The translations under genes and the position numbers were made by a program. From positions 3,566-67,565 of the forward strand of contig CAXBDI010000001.1 of NCBI GenBank assembly GCA_963974445.1: DNA of 64,000 nt, read 5' to 3'. Shown one piece after another: positions 1 through 9,632 of the stretch. Position 1 is the stretch's first letter. Each line of letters opens with the position of its first letter. The stretch is from an uncultured Alphaproteobacteria bacterium (lineage in GTDB: Bacteria; Pseudomonadota; Alphaproteobacteria; Bin95). Below the pieces are notes generated by a model that was given only the letters and a program-made list of their open reading frames with translations, did no database searches and was not told where the DNA came from.

Positions 1-98
1 TTCCCGCCAATCACCTATAGCGACTACATCGTCTGGTGGTACGACGCGAACTACAACGCCAAGGATCAGGCCGACCTCGCCCAACAGGCGGCGGAGTA
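1..98 (+). CDS. 3' end of an unidentified upstream CDS (partial at window edge)
   Basis: Open frame from window start ends at TAG 96-98 (…DQADLAQQAAE*); no recognisable domain in 32 aa. Confidence 0.3.
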
Positions 99-103
99 GA
101 GCC

Positions 104-577
104 ATGGCCGCACCCACCTTCGGCGTCGCCGCCCGGTTTTTCGACGACTTCACGGTGGGCGAGACATTCACCTCCGGCGGTTTCACCTTCACCGAGGCAG
201 CGATCATCGATTTCGCCTGGCAGTTCGACCCGCAGCCCTTCCACACCGACGTCGACTTCGCTCGCGAGCATTCGATCTATGGCGGCCTGATCGCCAGCGG
301 TTATCACACGCTGAGCGTCTGCTTCCGCCTGGTGCATTCCATCGGCCTGTTCGCCGGCACCAATATCACTGGCCGAAACCTGGATGAGGTTCGGTTCAAG
401 CTGCCGGTCTATGCCGGCGATACGTTGCACGTCGCGGCAACGGTGCGCTCGCTGCAGCCGTCAGCCTCGCGCGCGGACCGCGGCTATGTCGGGATGGACT
501 GGGACGTGCGCAATCAGAAGGGCGAGTGCGTGCTGACCGCCAAGCCGGAGCATGTGGTGATGCGCCGCGGCGACTGA
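104..577 (+). CDS. MaoC-like (R)-specific enoyl-CoA hydratase / acyl dehydratase, hot-dog fold
   Basis: 157-aa ORF; sequence features (…FDPQPFHTD…, …ASGYHT…) typical of MaoC dehydratase family. Confidence 0.7.
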   Translation: MAAPTFGVAARFFDDFTVGETFTSGGFTFTEAAIIDFAWQFDPQPFHTDVDFAREHSIYGGLIASGYHTLSVCFRLVHSIGLFAGTNITGRNLDEVRFKLPVYAGDTLHVAATVRSLQPSASRADRGYVGMDWDVRNQKGECVLTAKPEHVVMRRGD

Positions 578-602
578 TGGAGTTCAGCCGCACGGCTGCT
601 TG

Positions 603-1106
603 TCAGCCCTCGGCCTTCGCCCTCATCAGCGTCAGCGCGTCCCGGACGGTGGCGAGGCGTATGGCGCTGCGGTCCCCCGGATAGACTTTGTGCAGGGTCT
701 CGGTTTCGCCGCCGCGCCGCGCTACGGCCAGATGCACTGTGCCCACCGGTTTCTCCGCCGAGCCGCCGCCGGGGCCGGCGACACCGCTGACGGCGACGGC
801 CACATCGGCGTCCTCTCCGGCAATCCGCAGCAGGCCCTCCGCCATTTCGGTGACGGTCTGCGGTGAGACTGCGCCATGGGCTTTCAATACATCCTGCGGT
901 ACGCCCAGAACCTCATGCTTCGCCTCGTTCGAGTAGGTGACGAAGCAGCGGCCGATGCAATCGCTGGAGCCGGAGATCTCCGTCAGCGCGCCGGCAATCA
1001 GGCCGCCGGTACAGGATTCGGCGGTGCTGCCACGCAGGCCGGCCCGACGCAACGCCTCCAGCGTATCGCTCGCGAGCACCACAATATCGTCTGGGAACAG
1101 GCTCAT
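603..1106 (-). CDS. CinA-family protein (nicotinamide-nucleotide amidohydrolase PncC-like, C-terminal domain type)
   Basis: ORF 603..1244; internal ATG at 1106 gives 167-aa product matching CinA C-domain (…RCFVTYSNEAKHEVLGV…, …AVSGVAGPGG…); the upstream 46 aa look non-coding. Confidence 0.65.
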   Translation of the reverse strand: MSLFPDDIVVLASDTLEALRRAGLRGSTAESCTGGLIAGALTEISGSSDCIGRCFVTYSNEAKHEVLGVPQDVLKAHGAVSPQTVTEMAEGLLRIAGEDADVAVAVSGVAGPGGGSAEKPVGTVHLAVARRGGETETLHKVYPGDRSAIRLATVRDALTLMRAKAEG

Positions 1107-1236
1107 GGCGGGGGAATCTCGTTTCGGAATGGTGGGCGACCGATTGCTCGCTGCTGGCGGGAATCCGCGCGACGGCGTCACTATCGCACCGGCCTCGAAC
1201 AGACCGCAAGCCTGCGGTAAATCACCGAAGATATCC

Positions 1237-1268
1237 GGTGTCACAAAAATTTCACTTTTTTGTCACGT
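1237..1268 (+). promoter_or_regulatory. Pho-box-like direct repeats (TGTCAC/TTTCAC/TGTCAC at 11-bp phase) upstream of pstS
   Basis: TGTCACaaaaaTTTCACtttttTGTCAC, three 6-mers spaced 11 bp, ~125 bp upstream of pstS start; matches PhoB-box architecture (7-bp repeats every 11 bp). Confidence 0.5.
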
Positions 1269-1392
1269 CGTTGAAGATCATCGAGCGTACGCAGCGTCGG
1301 AACGAGGTTCGGAACACCTCGTTCGTGAAATTCCTCGCTGCGCCATCCGGTTCCGATGGCTGACCGATCCGAACTTTGGAGAGTATCCCCCC

Positions 1393-2421
1393 GTGATAAA
1401 GCAACTCTTTGCCGCGACGGCCGTGGCGGCTGTGTCCGGCATGTTTCTGATGGGCGCCGCCGAAGCGCGCGACCAAATCCGGATCGTCGGATCCTCGACC
1501 GTTTTCCCGTTCTCGACCGCCGTCGCCGAGCAATTCGGTAAGACAACGCGCTTCAAGACCCCGGTCGTGGAAAGCACCGGCTCCGGTGGCGGATTGAAGC
1601 TGTTCTGCTCCGGTGTCGGCACCGATCATCCCGACATCGCCAATTCATCGCGGCGGATCAAGAAGTCCGAGGTCGAGCTGTGCAACAGCAATGGCGTGAC
1701 CGTGGTGGAGATCAAGATCGGCTATGACGGCATCGTGCTTGCCACCGCAAAATCAGGTCCGAATTTCGCGCTGACCCGCAAGCAGATCTTCCAGGCGCTG
1801 GCCGCCAAACTGCCTGGCCCGGATGGCAAGCTGATCGAGAACCCCTACACCAAGTGGTCCGAAATCGATCCGAAACTGCCGAACACCAAGATCGAGGTTC
1901 TGGGCCCGCCGCCGACGTCTGGCACGCGCGACGCCTTCGTCGAACTTGTAATGCGTGAGGGCGCCGAGCAATTCCCGCAGATCAAGGCGCTGGAAAAGAA
2001 CGAGCTCCGCGCTGTTTCCGACAGCATGCGCGAAGATGGCGCGTTCGTCGAGGCAGGCGAGAACGACAATCTGATCGTGCAGAAACTGGAAGCCAATCCG
2101 AATGCGGTCGGCATTTTCGGCTTCTCCTTCCTGGACCAGAACGCGGATAAGATGAAAGGCGCGACGGTCGACGGCAGTCAGCCGACATTCGAGAACATCG
2201 CCAGCGGCGACTATCCGGTTTCGCGCTCGCTGTTCTTCTATGTGAAGAAGGAGCATGTCGGCACGGTTCCGGGCATCGCCGAGTACGTGGCCGAGTTCAC
2301 CAGCGAGGACGCGGCTGGTGAGGAAGGCTATCTGGTCGACAAGGGTTTGATCCCGCTGCCGGCGGAAGAGCTGGCCAAGTTCCGTGAAGACGGTGCGAAC
2401 CTGACCCCGCTGAGCATGTAA
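1393..2421 (+). CDS. pstS: Phosphate ABC transporter substrate-binding protein PstS
   Basis: ORF 937..2421; GTG at 1393 preceded by GGAGAG gives signal peptide VIKQLFAATAVAAVSGMFLMGAAEA then PstS-family sequence (343 aa); heads pstSCAB-phoU-phoB operon. Confidence 0.85.
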   Translation: MIKQLFAATAVAAVSGMFLMGAAEARDQIRIVGSSTVFPFSTAVAEQFGKTTRFKTPVVESTGSGGGLKLFCSGVGTDHPDIANSSRRIKKSEVELCNSNGVTVVEIKIGYDGIVLATAKSGPNFALTRKQIFQALAAKLPGPDGKLIENPYTKWSEIDPKLPNTKIEVLGPPPTSGTRDAFVELVMREGAEQFPQIKALEKNELRAVSDSMREDGAFVEAGENDNLIVQKLEANPNAVGIFGFSFLDQNADKMKGATVDGSQPTFENIASGDYPVSRSLFFYVKKEHVGTVPGIAEYVAEFTSEDAAGEEGYLVDKGLIPLPAEELAKFREDGANLTPLSM

Positions 2422-2435
2422 ACACCCATTCGGCT

Positions 2436-2476
2436 GTAGGCGAAGCGTCCAGGCGCTTCGCCTACACCTTTTATTC
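2436..2476 (+). terminator. Intra-operon hairpin/attenuator between pstS and pstC
   Basis: GTAGGCGAAGCG-tccagg-CGCTTCGCCTAC perfect 12-bp stem followed by ACCTTTTATT; a common way to give pstS excess over pstCAB. Confidence 0.5.
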
Positions 2477-2512
2477 AGTCGATTTGTTCTCTAGTCATGC
2501 AGCGAATGTGGA

Positions 2513-3901
2513 TTGGTCTCTATGAGCGGTTTGTTTCTGGCAGGCATCGTTCTCGTGCTGGCCATGGCCGCCTATTGGTTGGGACGACGCCGGGCACTGG
2601 CGAGTGTCAGCGGCCGCATTCGCGACCTGCACTCTCTGCCGGAGTATTACGGATACTACGCTGCGGCCTGGTGCGCGATTCCGGCCTTGGCCGTGCTGAT
2701 CATTTGGAGCGTCTTTAGCGGCACTCTGGTCGAGGCGCTGGTAAAATCCTCGTTGCCAAGCACGGTCGGCTCGCTATCCGCCGATCAACTGTCGCTGTTC
2801 ATGTCCGATGTGCGCAACACTGTGACCGGCAACATCGTCTCGACGCCGACGCCGGAAGTGACCGCCGCGGCGGCGCATTATCAATCACTAGAGGCTCTCA
2901 GCCAATGGGCGCTGACGGTCGTCGGTCTGGCGCTGGCGGTGGCAGGGCTTTTATATGCCCGCCGGTCCATCGTGCCGCGCCTGCGCTCGCGCGAGCGGGT
3001 CGAGCAGGTGGTCATGGTGATCATGATCGGTGCATCGACCATCGCCATTCTGACCACCGTCGGCATCGTGCTCTCCCTGTTGTTAGAGGCGATGCGGTTC
3101 TTCGCGAAGGTGCCGATCACCGAGTTCCTGTTCGGTCTGGAATGGTCGCCGCAAACCGCAATCCGGGCCGATCAGGTTGGCTCCTCCGGTGCGTTCGGCG
3201 CAATTCCGGTGTTTGCCGGCACGCTGCTGATCACCTTCATCGCGCTCTCCGTCGCCGTCCCCATCGGTCTGCTGTCGGCGATCTACATGGCGGAATACGC
3301 CAGCCCGCGGGTGCGAGCCTTTGCCAAGCCCCTGCTGGAGATCCTGGCCGGCATCCCGACGGTCGTCTACGGGTTCTTCGCCGCGTTGACGGTGGCGCCG
3401 ATGATCCGCGGTTGGGGCGAGTCAGTTGGCCTCGACGTCAGTTCGGAATCGGCGCTGGCGGCGGGGATGGTGATGGGGATTATGATCATCCCTTTCGTGT
3501 CCTCCCTCTCCGACGACGTGATCACGGCGGTGCCGCGGGCGTTGCGCGACGGGTCTTACGGGCTGGGCGCCACCAAGTCGGAGACCATTATCCGAGTGGT
3601 CTTGCCCGCAGCATTGCCTGGCATCGTCGGCGCCGTGCTATTGGCGACCAGCCGGGCCATCGGCGAGACGATGATCGTCGTCATGGCCGCCGGCCTCGCC
3701 GCCAATCTGACCGCCAATCCGTTCGAGGCGGTGACCACCGTAACCGTGCAGATCGTGACATTGCTGGTCGGCGATCAGGAGTTCGACAGCGCCAAGACGC
3801 TGGCGGCGTTCGCGCTGGGGCTGGTGCTGTTTTTCGTCACGCTGGCGCTGAACGTGCTCGCGCTCTCGGTCGTCCGCAAATATCGAGAAAAATATGACTG
3901 A
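2513..3901 (+). CDS. pstC: Phosphate ABC transporter permease PstC
   Basis: 462-aa multi-TM ORF with ABC permease signature region (…EYASPRVRAFAKPLLEILAGIPTVVYGFF…); TTG at 2513, alternative ATG at 2522. Confidence 0.85.
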   Translation: MVSMSGLFLAGIVLVLAMAAYWLGRRRALASVSGRIRDLHSLPEYYGYYAAAWCAIPALAVLIIWSVFSGTLVEALVKSSLPSTVGSLSADQLSLFMSDVRNTVTGNIVSTPTPEVTAAAAHYQSLEALSQWALTVVGLALAVAGLLYARRSIVPRLRSRERVEQVVMVIMIGASTIAILTTVGIVLSLLLEAMRFFAKVPITEFLFGLEWSPQTAIRADQVGSSGAFGAIPVFAGTLLITFIALSVAVPIGLLSAIYMAEYASPRVRAFAKPLLEILAGIPTVVYGFFAALTVAPMIRGWGESVGLDVSSESALAAGMVMGIMIIPFVSSLSDDVITAVPRALRDGSYGLGATKSETIIRVVLPAALPGIVGAVLLATSRAIGETMIVVMAAGLAANLTANPFEAVTTVTVQIVTLLVGDQEFDSAKTLAAFALGLVLFFVTLALNVLALSVVRKYREKYD

Positions 3902-5699
3902 TGTCACTGGCAGGGCGGCTCCGCGCCGGGAGTTGAAAAAGCGTTCGACATCGGACGCCAACGTCCGCAAACGCCGAGCCCGGGAACGCCGCTTCCAGGC
4001 CTATGGGGTCGCCGCGCTGGGCTCGGCGATTGCGATGTTGGTGTTTCTGATGGTGACGATCGTCGGCAACGGCTATTCCGCCTTTTTCCAGCATGAGGTG
4101 GCGCTCAACGTCGATATCAACCGGGATCGACTGAACCTCGGTCCGTCGCCGGACGAGGACGCGCTGGCCAGAGCGTCTTATCGGCTGGTGGTCCGCGACG
4201 CCTTGAAAGCCGAGTTCGACACGGTGTCGGGGCGGCGGGAGTTGCGCACGCTCTATGGTTTCGTGTCGAACGGCGCGGATTTCGCAGTGCGCGACGCCGT
4301 ATTGGCCAATCCCGAAATCGTCGGAACCACGCAGCAAATTTGGATTAAGACATCCGACGACATCGACACTCTGCTAAAGGGTCAGATGTCGGATGTGGCG
4401 CGGTGGCAGCCGCAAAGCGCCGCCTCGGTCACCGGCACAACCGGCACTGTCACCATCACGGCGGGCGGCCAGGCTTTTGCGACCGTGCTGGAGCAGGTGA
4501 AAGCCCACTTGCAGGACGTCGCGGACGAACTGGCCGTGCGGCAAGCCCGGCTGGAAAGCATCGTCGAAGACCAGAAGGCCGCGGTTGCGGAGTTGACGCG
4601 CAGCAACTCTAACCCAGAGGAAGCCGCGCGCCTTGTGGGCGACATCGCCGCCAACGAGGCCGCCGCCAAGCAATTATCCGAGAGGATCGCCGGCCTGCGC
4701 CAGCGGGCGGCGGCTGCGGCGGGCAGTGAGGTTTTGGTCGCGGACCTGCCCAGCTATTTGGTGAAGATCAACGGCGGCCTCGTAAAGATCACCGAGGTCT
4801 CGGCTGGCGAGGCCAAGGGCGAGGCGCTGTTGCCGCTTCAACGCGGTACGCCAGCGCCGCAAGGCAGTTGGGAGATCGTGTCCTACCTGACGCCGGAGGC
4901 CGACCGCCGGGTCAAGGACATGGAAATCGCCTGGATCACCAAGCTGCAGGCGGAAGACCGGATCGAAGAGCGCTTCAACATCGCGTTTTTCCAGAACGGC
5001 GACAGCCGCGAGCCGGAGATTGCCGGCATCTGGGGCGCTGTCGTTGGCTCGTTCTTTACCCTGGTCACGACCCTGCTGATCAGCTTTCCAATCGGCGTGC
5101 TGGCGGCCGTCTATCTGGAGGAGTTCGCGCCACGCAACCGCTGGACCGACCTGATCGAGGTGAACATCAACAATCTGGCGGCGGTGCCGTCCATCGTCTT
5201 CGGGCTTTTGGGGCTCGCGGTCTTTCTGAACTTCTTCGGAATGCCGCGTTCGGCGCCGTTGGTCGGCGGCATTGTGCTGGCGCTAATGACCTTGCCGACG
5301 ATTATCATCGCCAGCCGGGCCGCTTTGAAGTCGGTGCCGCCGTCGATCCGGCAGGCGGCTTTGGGTATGGGCGCCTCGCGGCTGCAGACGATTGCGCATC
5401 ATGTGCTGCCGCTCGCGATGCCGGGCATTCTGACCGGTACGATCATCGGCATGGCCCAGGCCTTGGGCGAGACAGCGCCGCTGCTGATGATCGGCATGGT
5501 GGCGTTTATTGTCGATATTCCCGGCGGTTTCACCGATCCTGCAACGGTCATGCCGGTGCAGATTTATCTGTGGGCCGATAGTCCGGAACGCGCCTTCGTT
5601 GCCAAGACCAGTGCGGCGATCATGGTATTGTTGGCCTTCCTGATCGTGATGAATGCTATAGCGGTCGTGCTGCGCAAGCGCTTCGAGAACCGCTGGTAA
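3894..5699 (+). CDS. pstA: Phosphate ABC transporter permease PstA (long form, 601 aa)
   Basis: Start overlaps pstC stop (ATGACTGA); N-terminal TM then ~280-aa charged/coiled-coil insert, C-terminal PstA core (…EEFAPRNRWTDLIEVNINNLAAVPSIVFG…). Confidence 0.85.
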   Translation: MTDVTGRAAPRRELKKRSTSDANVRKRRARERRFQAYGVAALGSAIAMLVFLMVTIVGNGYSAFFQHEVALNVDINRDRLNLGPSPDEDALARASYRLVVRDALKAEFDTVSGRRELRTLYGFVSNGADFAVRDAVLANPEIVGTTQQIWIKTSDDIDTLLKGQMSDVARWQPQSAASVTGTTGTVTITAGGQAFATVLEQVKAHLQDVADELAVRQARLESIVEDQKAAVAELTRSNSNPEEAARLVGDIAANEAAAKQLSERIAGLRQRAAAAAGSEVLVADLPSYLVKINGGLVKITEVSAGEAKGEALLPLQRGTPAPQGSWEIVSYLTPEADRRVKDMEIAWITKLQAEDRIEERFNIAFFQNGDSREPEIAGIWGAVVGSFFTLVTTLLISFPIGVLAAVYLEEFAPRNRWTDLIEVNINNLAAVPSIVFGLLGLAVFLNFFGMPRSAPLVGGIVLALMTLPTIIIASRAALKSVPPSIRQAALGMGASRLQTIAHHVLPLAMPGILTGTIIGMAQALGETAPLLMIGMVAFIVDIPGGFTDPATVMPVQIYLWADSPERAFVAKTSAAIMVLLAFLIVMNAIAVVLRKRFENRW

Positions 5700-6554
5700 A
5701 TGGCGAGGGACTTAGACGTGAACATGACTGAAATGGCTCCGGCAGCCGCCGTCACCGGCAATTCCGACATCAGCCTGCCGATGCCCGAGCCGCTGGCCGC
5801 CCCGAAGGTGATCGCGCGCAAGGTGAATGTTTATTACAGCGGCGTTCAAGCCCTGTTCGATGTCGATCTCGATATCCTGGAACACCAGGTCACCGCGCTC
5901 ATCGGGCCGTCGGGATGCGGCAAGTCGACATTTTTGCGCTGCATCAACCGGATGAACGATGTCATCGACGGCTGTGTGACTGAGGGCGATATCCAATTGG
6001 ATGGCCGCAATATCCTCGCGCCCGGTGAGGATGTGGTGCAGTTGCGCCAGAAGGTCGGCATGGTCTTTCAGAAGCCGAACCCGTTCCCCAAGTCGATCTA
6101 CGAGAATATCGCTTACGGACCGAAGATCCACGGTCTGGCGAACGACAAGGCCGAGTTGGATGAGATCGTCGAGGTCAGCCTGGAGCGGGCCGGACTGTGG
6201 GAAGAGGTCAAGGACCGGCTGAATCAACCCGGCACCGGCCTCTCCGGCGGGCAGCAGCAGCGGCTTTGCATTGCCCGCGCCATCGCGGTCACGCCAGACG
6301 TTGTGCTGATGGACGAGCCCTGTTCCGCGCTCGACCCGATTGCCAGCGCCAAGGTGGAAGAGCTGATCGATGAACTGCGCGAGAAGTTCACCATCGTCAT
6401 CGTGACCCATTCGATGCAACAGGCGGCGCGCGTCTCGCAGCAAACCGCCTTTTTCCATCTTGGGAAACTGGTCGAGGTCGATCAGACCGAAAAGATGTTC
6501 ACCAACCCGACGGACGAGCGCACCCACGGCTACATCACCGGCCGCTTCGGTTGA
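5700..6554 (+). CDS. pstB: Phosphate import ATP-binding protein PstB
   Basis: Walker [10 protein letters not shown], signature LSGGQQQRL, Walker B VVLMDEP; PstB-specific C-terminus. Confidence 0.9.
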   Translation: MARDLDVNMTEMAPAAAVTGNSDISLPMPEPLAAPKVIARKVNVYYSGVQALFDVDLDILEHQVTALIGPSGCGKSTFLRCINRMNDVIDGCVTEGDIQLDGRNILAPGEDVVQLRQKVGMVFQKPNPFPKSIYENIAYGPKIHGLANDKAELDEIVEVSLERAGLWEEVKDRLNQPGTGLSGGQQQRLCIARAIAVTPDVVLMDEPCSALDPIASAKVEELIDELREKFTIVIVTHSMQQAARVSQQTAFFHLGKLVEVDQTEKMFTNPTDERTHGYITGRFG

Positions 6555-6621
6555 GGCCTAGCCTGTTGCCGCCGCAACCCATTAGGCTGGGCGGTTGGCT
6601 CTGGCATAGAAGGACGTTGCC

Positions 6622-7332
6622 ATGACACATGAATCTCACATCGTCAAAGCCTACACGGCGGAGATGGCGCAACTGGCGTCAATGATCGCCGAGATGGGCG
6701 GCTACTCCGAAGCGGCGATTGCGGAGGCGGTGCAGGGGCTGCGCCGGCGCGATAGCGCCCAGGCGCTGCGGGTCGTAGAGGGCGACCGGAAAATCGACGC
6801 GCTGGAGGCGCAGATTTCCGCCTTTGTCGTGCGGCTGCTGGCGTTGCGCCAGCCGATGGCGACCGACCTGCGCACCATCGTCGCCAGTCTCAAAACCGCC
6901 AGCGATCTGGAGCGGATCGGCGATTATGCCAAAAACATCGCCAAGCGCAGCCTGGTGTTGAACCGCACGCCGGTGACCGTGCCGATGGCCGGTATCGTCA
7001 ACCTCAGCCGCATGGTGGAGGCGATGCTGCATGACGTGCTGGATGCCTACGTCGCTGGCGACGCGGATGTGGCGGAGCAAATTCGCCTGCGCGACGAGGC
7101 CGTTGACGATGCCCACACCGATCTTTTCAGCGAGTTGATCAATTGCATGGTCGACGACCCGCGAACCATCTCGCCATGCACCCACCTGGTGTTCATCGCC
7201 AAGAACCTGGAGCGCATCGGCGACCACACCACCAATATCGCCGAGAATCTGGTATTCCAGGTGCGCGGCGAGCGCCTGGGCGACCGTCACGCGGCCGAGG
7301 AAGGCGAGACCGGTTTGCGGCTCGACCCATGA
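6622..7332 (+). CDS. phoU: Phosphate-specific transport system accessory protein PhoU
   Basis: 236 aa; two PhoU repeats (…DLERIGDYAKNIA… and …NLERIGDHTTNIAE…). Confidence 0.9.
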   Translation: MTHESHIVKAYTAEMAQLASMIAEMGGYSEAAIAEAVQGLRRRDSAQALRVVEGDRKIDALEAQISAFVVRLLALRQPMATDLRTIVASLKTASDLERIGDYAKNIAKRSLVLNRTPVTVPMAGIVNLSRMVEAMLHDVLDAYVAGDADVAEQIRLRDEAVDDAHTDLFSELINCMVDDPRTISPCTHLVFIAKNLERIGDHTTNIAENLVFQVRGERLGDRHAAEEGETGLRLDP

Positions 7333-7402
7333 TGGTGAGCATGGGGTGCCGCCAATCGACGGCGGGTGCTCCCTTATTGGTTGACTGCGGAGCCGGAGAG
7401 CG

Positions 7403-8113
7403 ATGAAGCCATTCATTCTGATCGTGGAAGACGACCGCCCGATTGTCGAGATGCTGCGATACAATCTGGAAGCCGCGGATTTCGACGTCGGGGTCGCAAT
7501 GGACGGCGACGAGGCGATGCTGGCTGTTGCCGAACGGCTGCCCGACCTGGTGTTGCTGGATTGGATGCTGCCCGGGATGTCCGGTCTGGAGATATGCCGC
7601 CAACTGCGGCGGCGCCGCGAAACGCGATCTCTGCCGGTTATCATGCTGACGGCGCGCGGCGAGGAGGTGGACCGGGTGCGCGGTTTGGAAAGTGGCGCCG
7701 ACGATTATGTCGTCAAGCCGTTCTCCCCCGGCGAGGTCGTGGCACGGGTGAGAGCGGTGATCCGCCGGGCGCATCCGGAGACCGATGCGGAGCAGTTGGC
7801 GTTTGCCGATGTCGAGATGGACCTGCTGTCCCATCGCGTACAACGTGCAGGGCGCAACCTGCACCTTGGCCCGACAGAGTTCCGGTTGTTACGCCATTTG
7901 ATGGAGCACCCGGGCCGTGTTTATTCGCGAGAACAACTTTTAGATGCAGTCTGGGGGCATAATGTTTACGTCGAATCCCGCACCGTCGACGTGCATATCC
8001 GAAGGCTTCGCAAGGCGTTAAATGCGGGTGGTGGCGCCGATCTAATCCGCACCGTCCGCTCTGCCGGCTATTCGCTAGACGATACTGATCCGCCCGGACG
8101 AACAAATGATTAA
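7403..8113 (+). CDS. phoB: Phosphate regulon response regulator PhoB (OmpR family)
   Basis: Receiver domain with DDxxIxE…LLDWMLPGMSG…; winged-helix C-terminus (…ESRTVDVHIRRLRKAL…); follows phoU. Confidence 0.9.
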   Translation: MKPFILIVEDDRPIVEMLRYNLEAADFDVGVAMDGDEAMLAVAERLPDLVLLDWMLPGMSGLEICRQLRRRRETRSLPVIMLTARGEEVDRVRGLESGADDYVVKPFSPGEVVARVRAVIRRAHPETDAEQLAFADVEMDLLSHRVQRAGRNLHLGPTEFRLLRHLMEHPGRVYSREQLLDAVWGHNVYVESRTVDVHIRRLRKALNAGGGADLIRTVRSAGYSLDDTDPPGRTND

Positions 8114-8579
8114 GGCATCCGTTCCGGCCTGGACAGGCGCCCTCGGTCGGGTCAAAAGAGGGCAGAATTCGGACGAGCGGGAAATCCACGGAGCCTGTGG
8201 ATAAGCCTGTCGACAACCGCCTGTGAACAAGCCTAAACCCGCAGAAACCTTTGGCTTTAACCATATTGCCTAAATTGTAGGCAATTCACGCTAACTGTCT
8301 GAAATAAAATGAGTTTTTTGTGACGGCAATGTTTCTGTGGAAGACGCTTGGCGACGCAGCGCGGATAAAAGGCTTGTGCAACCGACGTGTGTAAAACTTG
8401 TCGAGGCTCTCGCCCAAATTCATCGAATTAGCGGTGCGCCCTGGCGTCGTTGAGCGGCAGGAATCCGACGCTAGACGACGCAGCGTCGGTATGCGTCCCG
8501 CAGCGTATATCCAGACTTTTCGGCTAGCCGCTGAAGCTTCGATAGGCCGTCTGCGATGCGCCTCAGGACCACTACGGGG

Positions 8580-9443
8580 CTAAAGTTCTGGGTGACGCTG
8601 CTCGAACGCCCAAACCGCGGGGAACCCGACGAGATCGTTCATTTCGGCGAATGGTAGCATCGGTGTATCACTACCAATAGTTGCGCCGGTTTTTTTTAAG
8701 GTTTGGTAAACGCCGGCGCACGCTGCGGCGCTCGCCATGAACGCGCTGCCGGGGTGGATCGAGATCGAATAGCCCAGCGCCTGCAGCCGGTCGCGCGGCA
8801 ACACCGGGGTGCGGCCGCCTTCAACAATGTTGGCCAGTAAGGGTACGCCGCGGAAGCGCTCACCGATCTTGGCCATCTCCTCCTCGCTTTCCGGCGACTC
8901 GATGAACAGGATATCGGCGCCAGCCTCCGCATAAGCCTCGCCGCGGCGCATCGCCTCATCCAGGCCATGGTCGGTGCGGGCGTCGGTGCGGGCGACGATC
9001 AGAAAGTCCGCGGAATCGCGCGCATCCACCGCTACCCTGATCTTGCGCACCATGTCGTCCACCGGCACGACCCGCCTGCCGGGGGTGTGGCCGCAGCGTT
9101 TCGGGAACTCCTGATCCTCGATCTGAATGGCGGCGGCGCCGGCGCGCTCATAGCCTTTAACCGTGTGATCGACATTCAACAGCCCGCCGAACCCCGTGTC
9201 GGCATCGGCGATGAGCGGCGTCTTGGTCCCACGGGCAATCGTTTCCACCCGCCCGACGAGGTCGCGGTAGCTGGCGAGGCCGGCATCGGGAACGCCCAGA
9301 TAGGACGCGACGGTGCCGTAGCCGGTCATATACAACGCGGGAAAACCCATGCGGTCGGCGGAGAGCGCAGAGATCATGTCGAACACACCGGGGGCGACGA
9401 TGAACTCGCCGCTTGCTAAACGTTGGCGCAGGGTCATTGTCAT
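8580..9443 (-). CDS. Isocitrate lyase/PEP mutase family protein (2-methylisocitrate lyase / carboxyvinyl-carboxyphosphonate phosphorylmutase-like)
   Basis: ORF 8580..9629; product from ATG 9443 (MTMTLRQRLASGEF…, 287 aa) carries the family core …ADADTGFGG… and …KRCGH…. Confidence 0.7.
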   Translation of the reverse strand: MTMTLRQRLASGEFIVAPGVFDMISALSADRMGFPALYMTGYGTVASYLGVPDAGLASYRDLVGRVETIARGTKTPLIADADTGFGGLLNVDHTVKGYERAGAAAIQIEDQEFPKRCGHTPGRRVVPVDDMVRKIRVAVDARDSADFLIVARTDARTDHGLDEAMRRGEAYAEAGADILFIESPESEEEMAKIGERFRGVPLLANIVEGGRTPVLPRDRLQALGYSISIHPGSAFMASAAACAGVYQTLKKTGATIGSDTPMLPFAEMNDLVGFPAVWAFEQRHPEL

Positions 9444-9632
9444 TGGCTCGGGCTCACTTGCTGTGGGGTGAAGGTGCGCATTGTCGAAGCCTTCGCTGCC
9501 AATCGCAAGGCGCGATGCAGGACGCTTTTGCGTGGCGTGCCGGTTGCCTGGTGAATTGGAGGCTCGATATAAGGTGGCGCGTCCTGCGCTTAACATCTTC
9601 ACCGACAAAAACCTGAATATAGGGAACAACCG

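Noticed and set aside
2905-3897. 330-aa plus-strand ORF overlapping pstC in another frame (also 4868..5581 inside pstA)
   Set aside because: Arg/His/Gly-rich composition; out-of-frame shadow ORFs of clearly conserved permease genes.
5712-6527. 271-aa minus-strand ORF antisense to pstB (and 6679..7644 antisense to phoU/phoB)
   Set aside because: Antisense shadow of well-supported genes; no domain-like sequence.
8680-8720. GCGCCGG…TTTTTTTT…CCGGCGC hairpin plus T-run as a terminator
   Set aside because: Lies inside the coding sequence of the PEP-mutase-family gene (encodes …LKKTGATIG…), not in an intergenic position.
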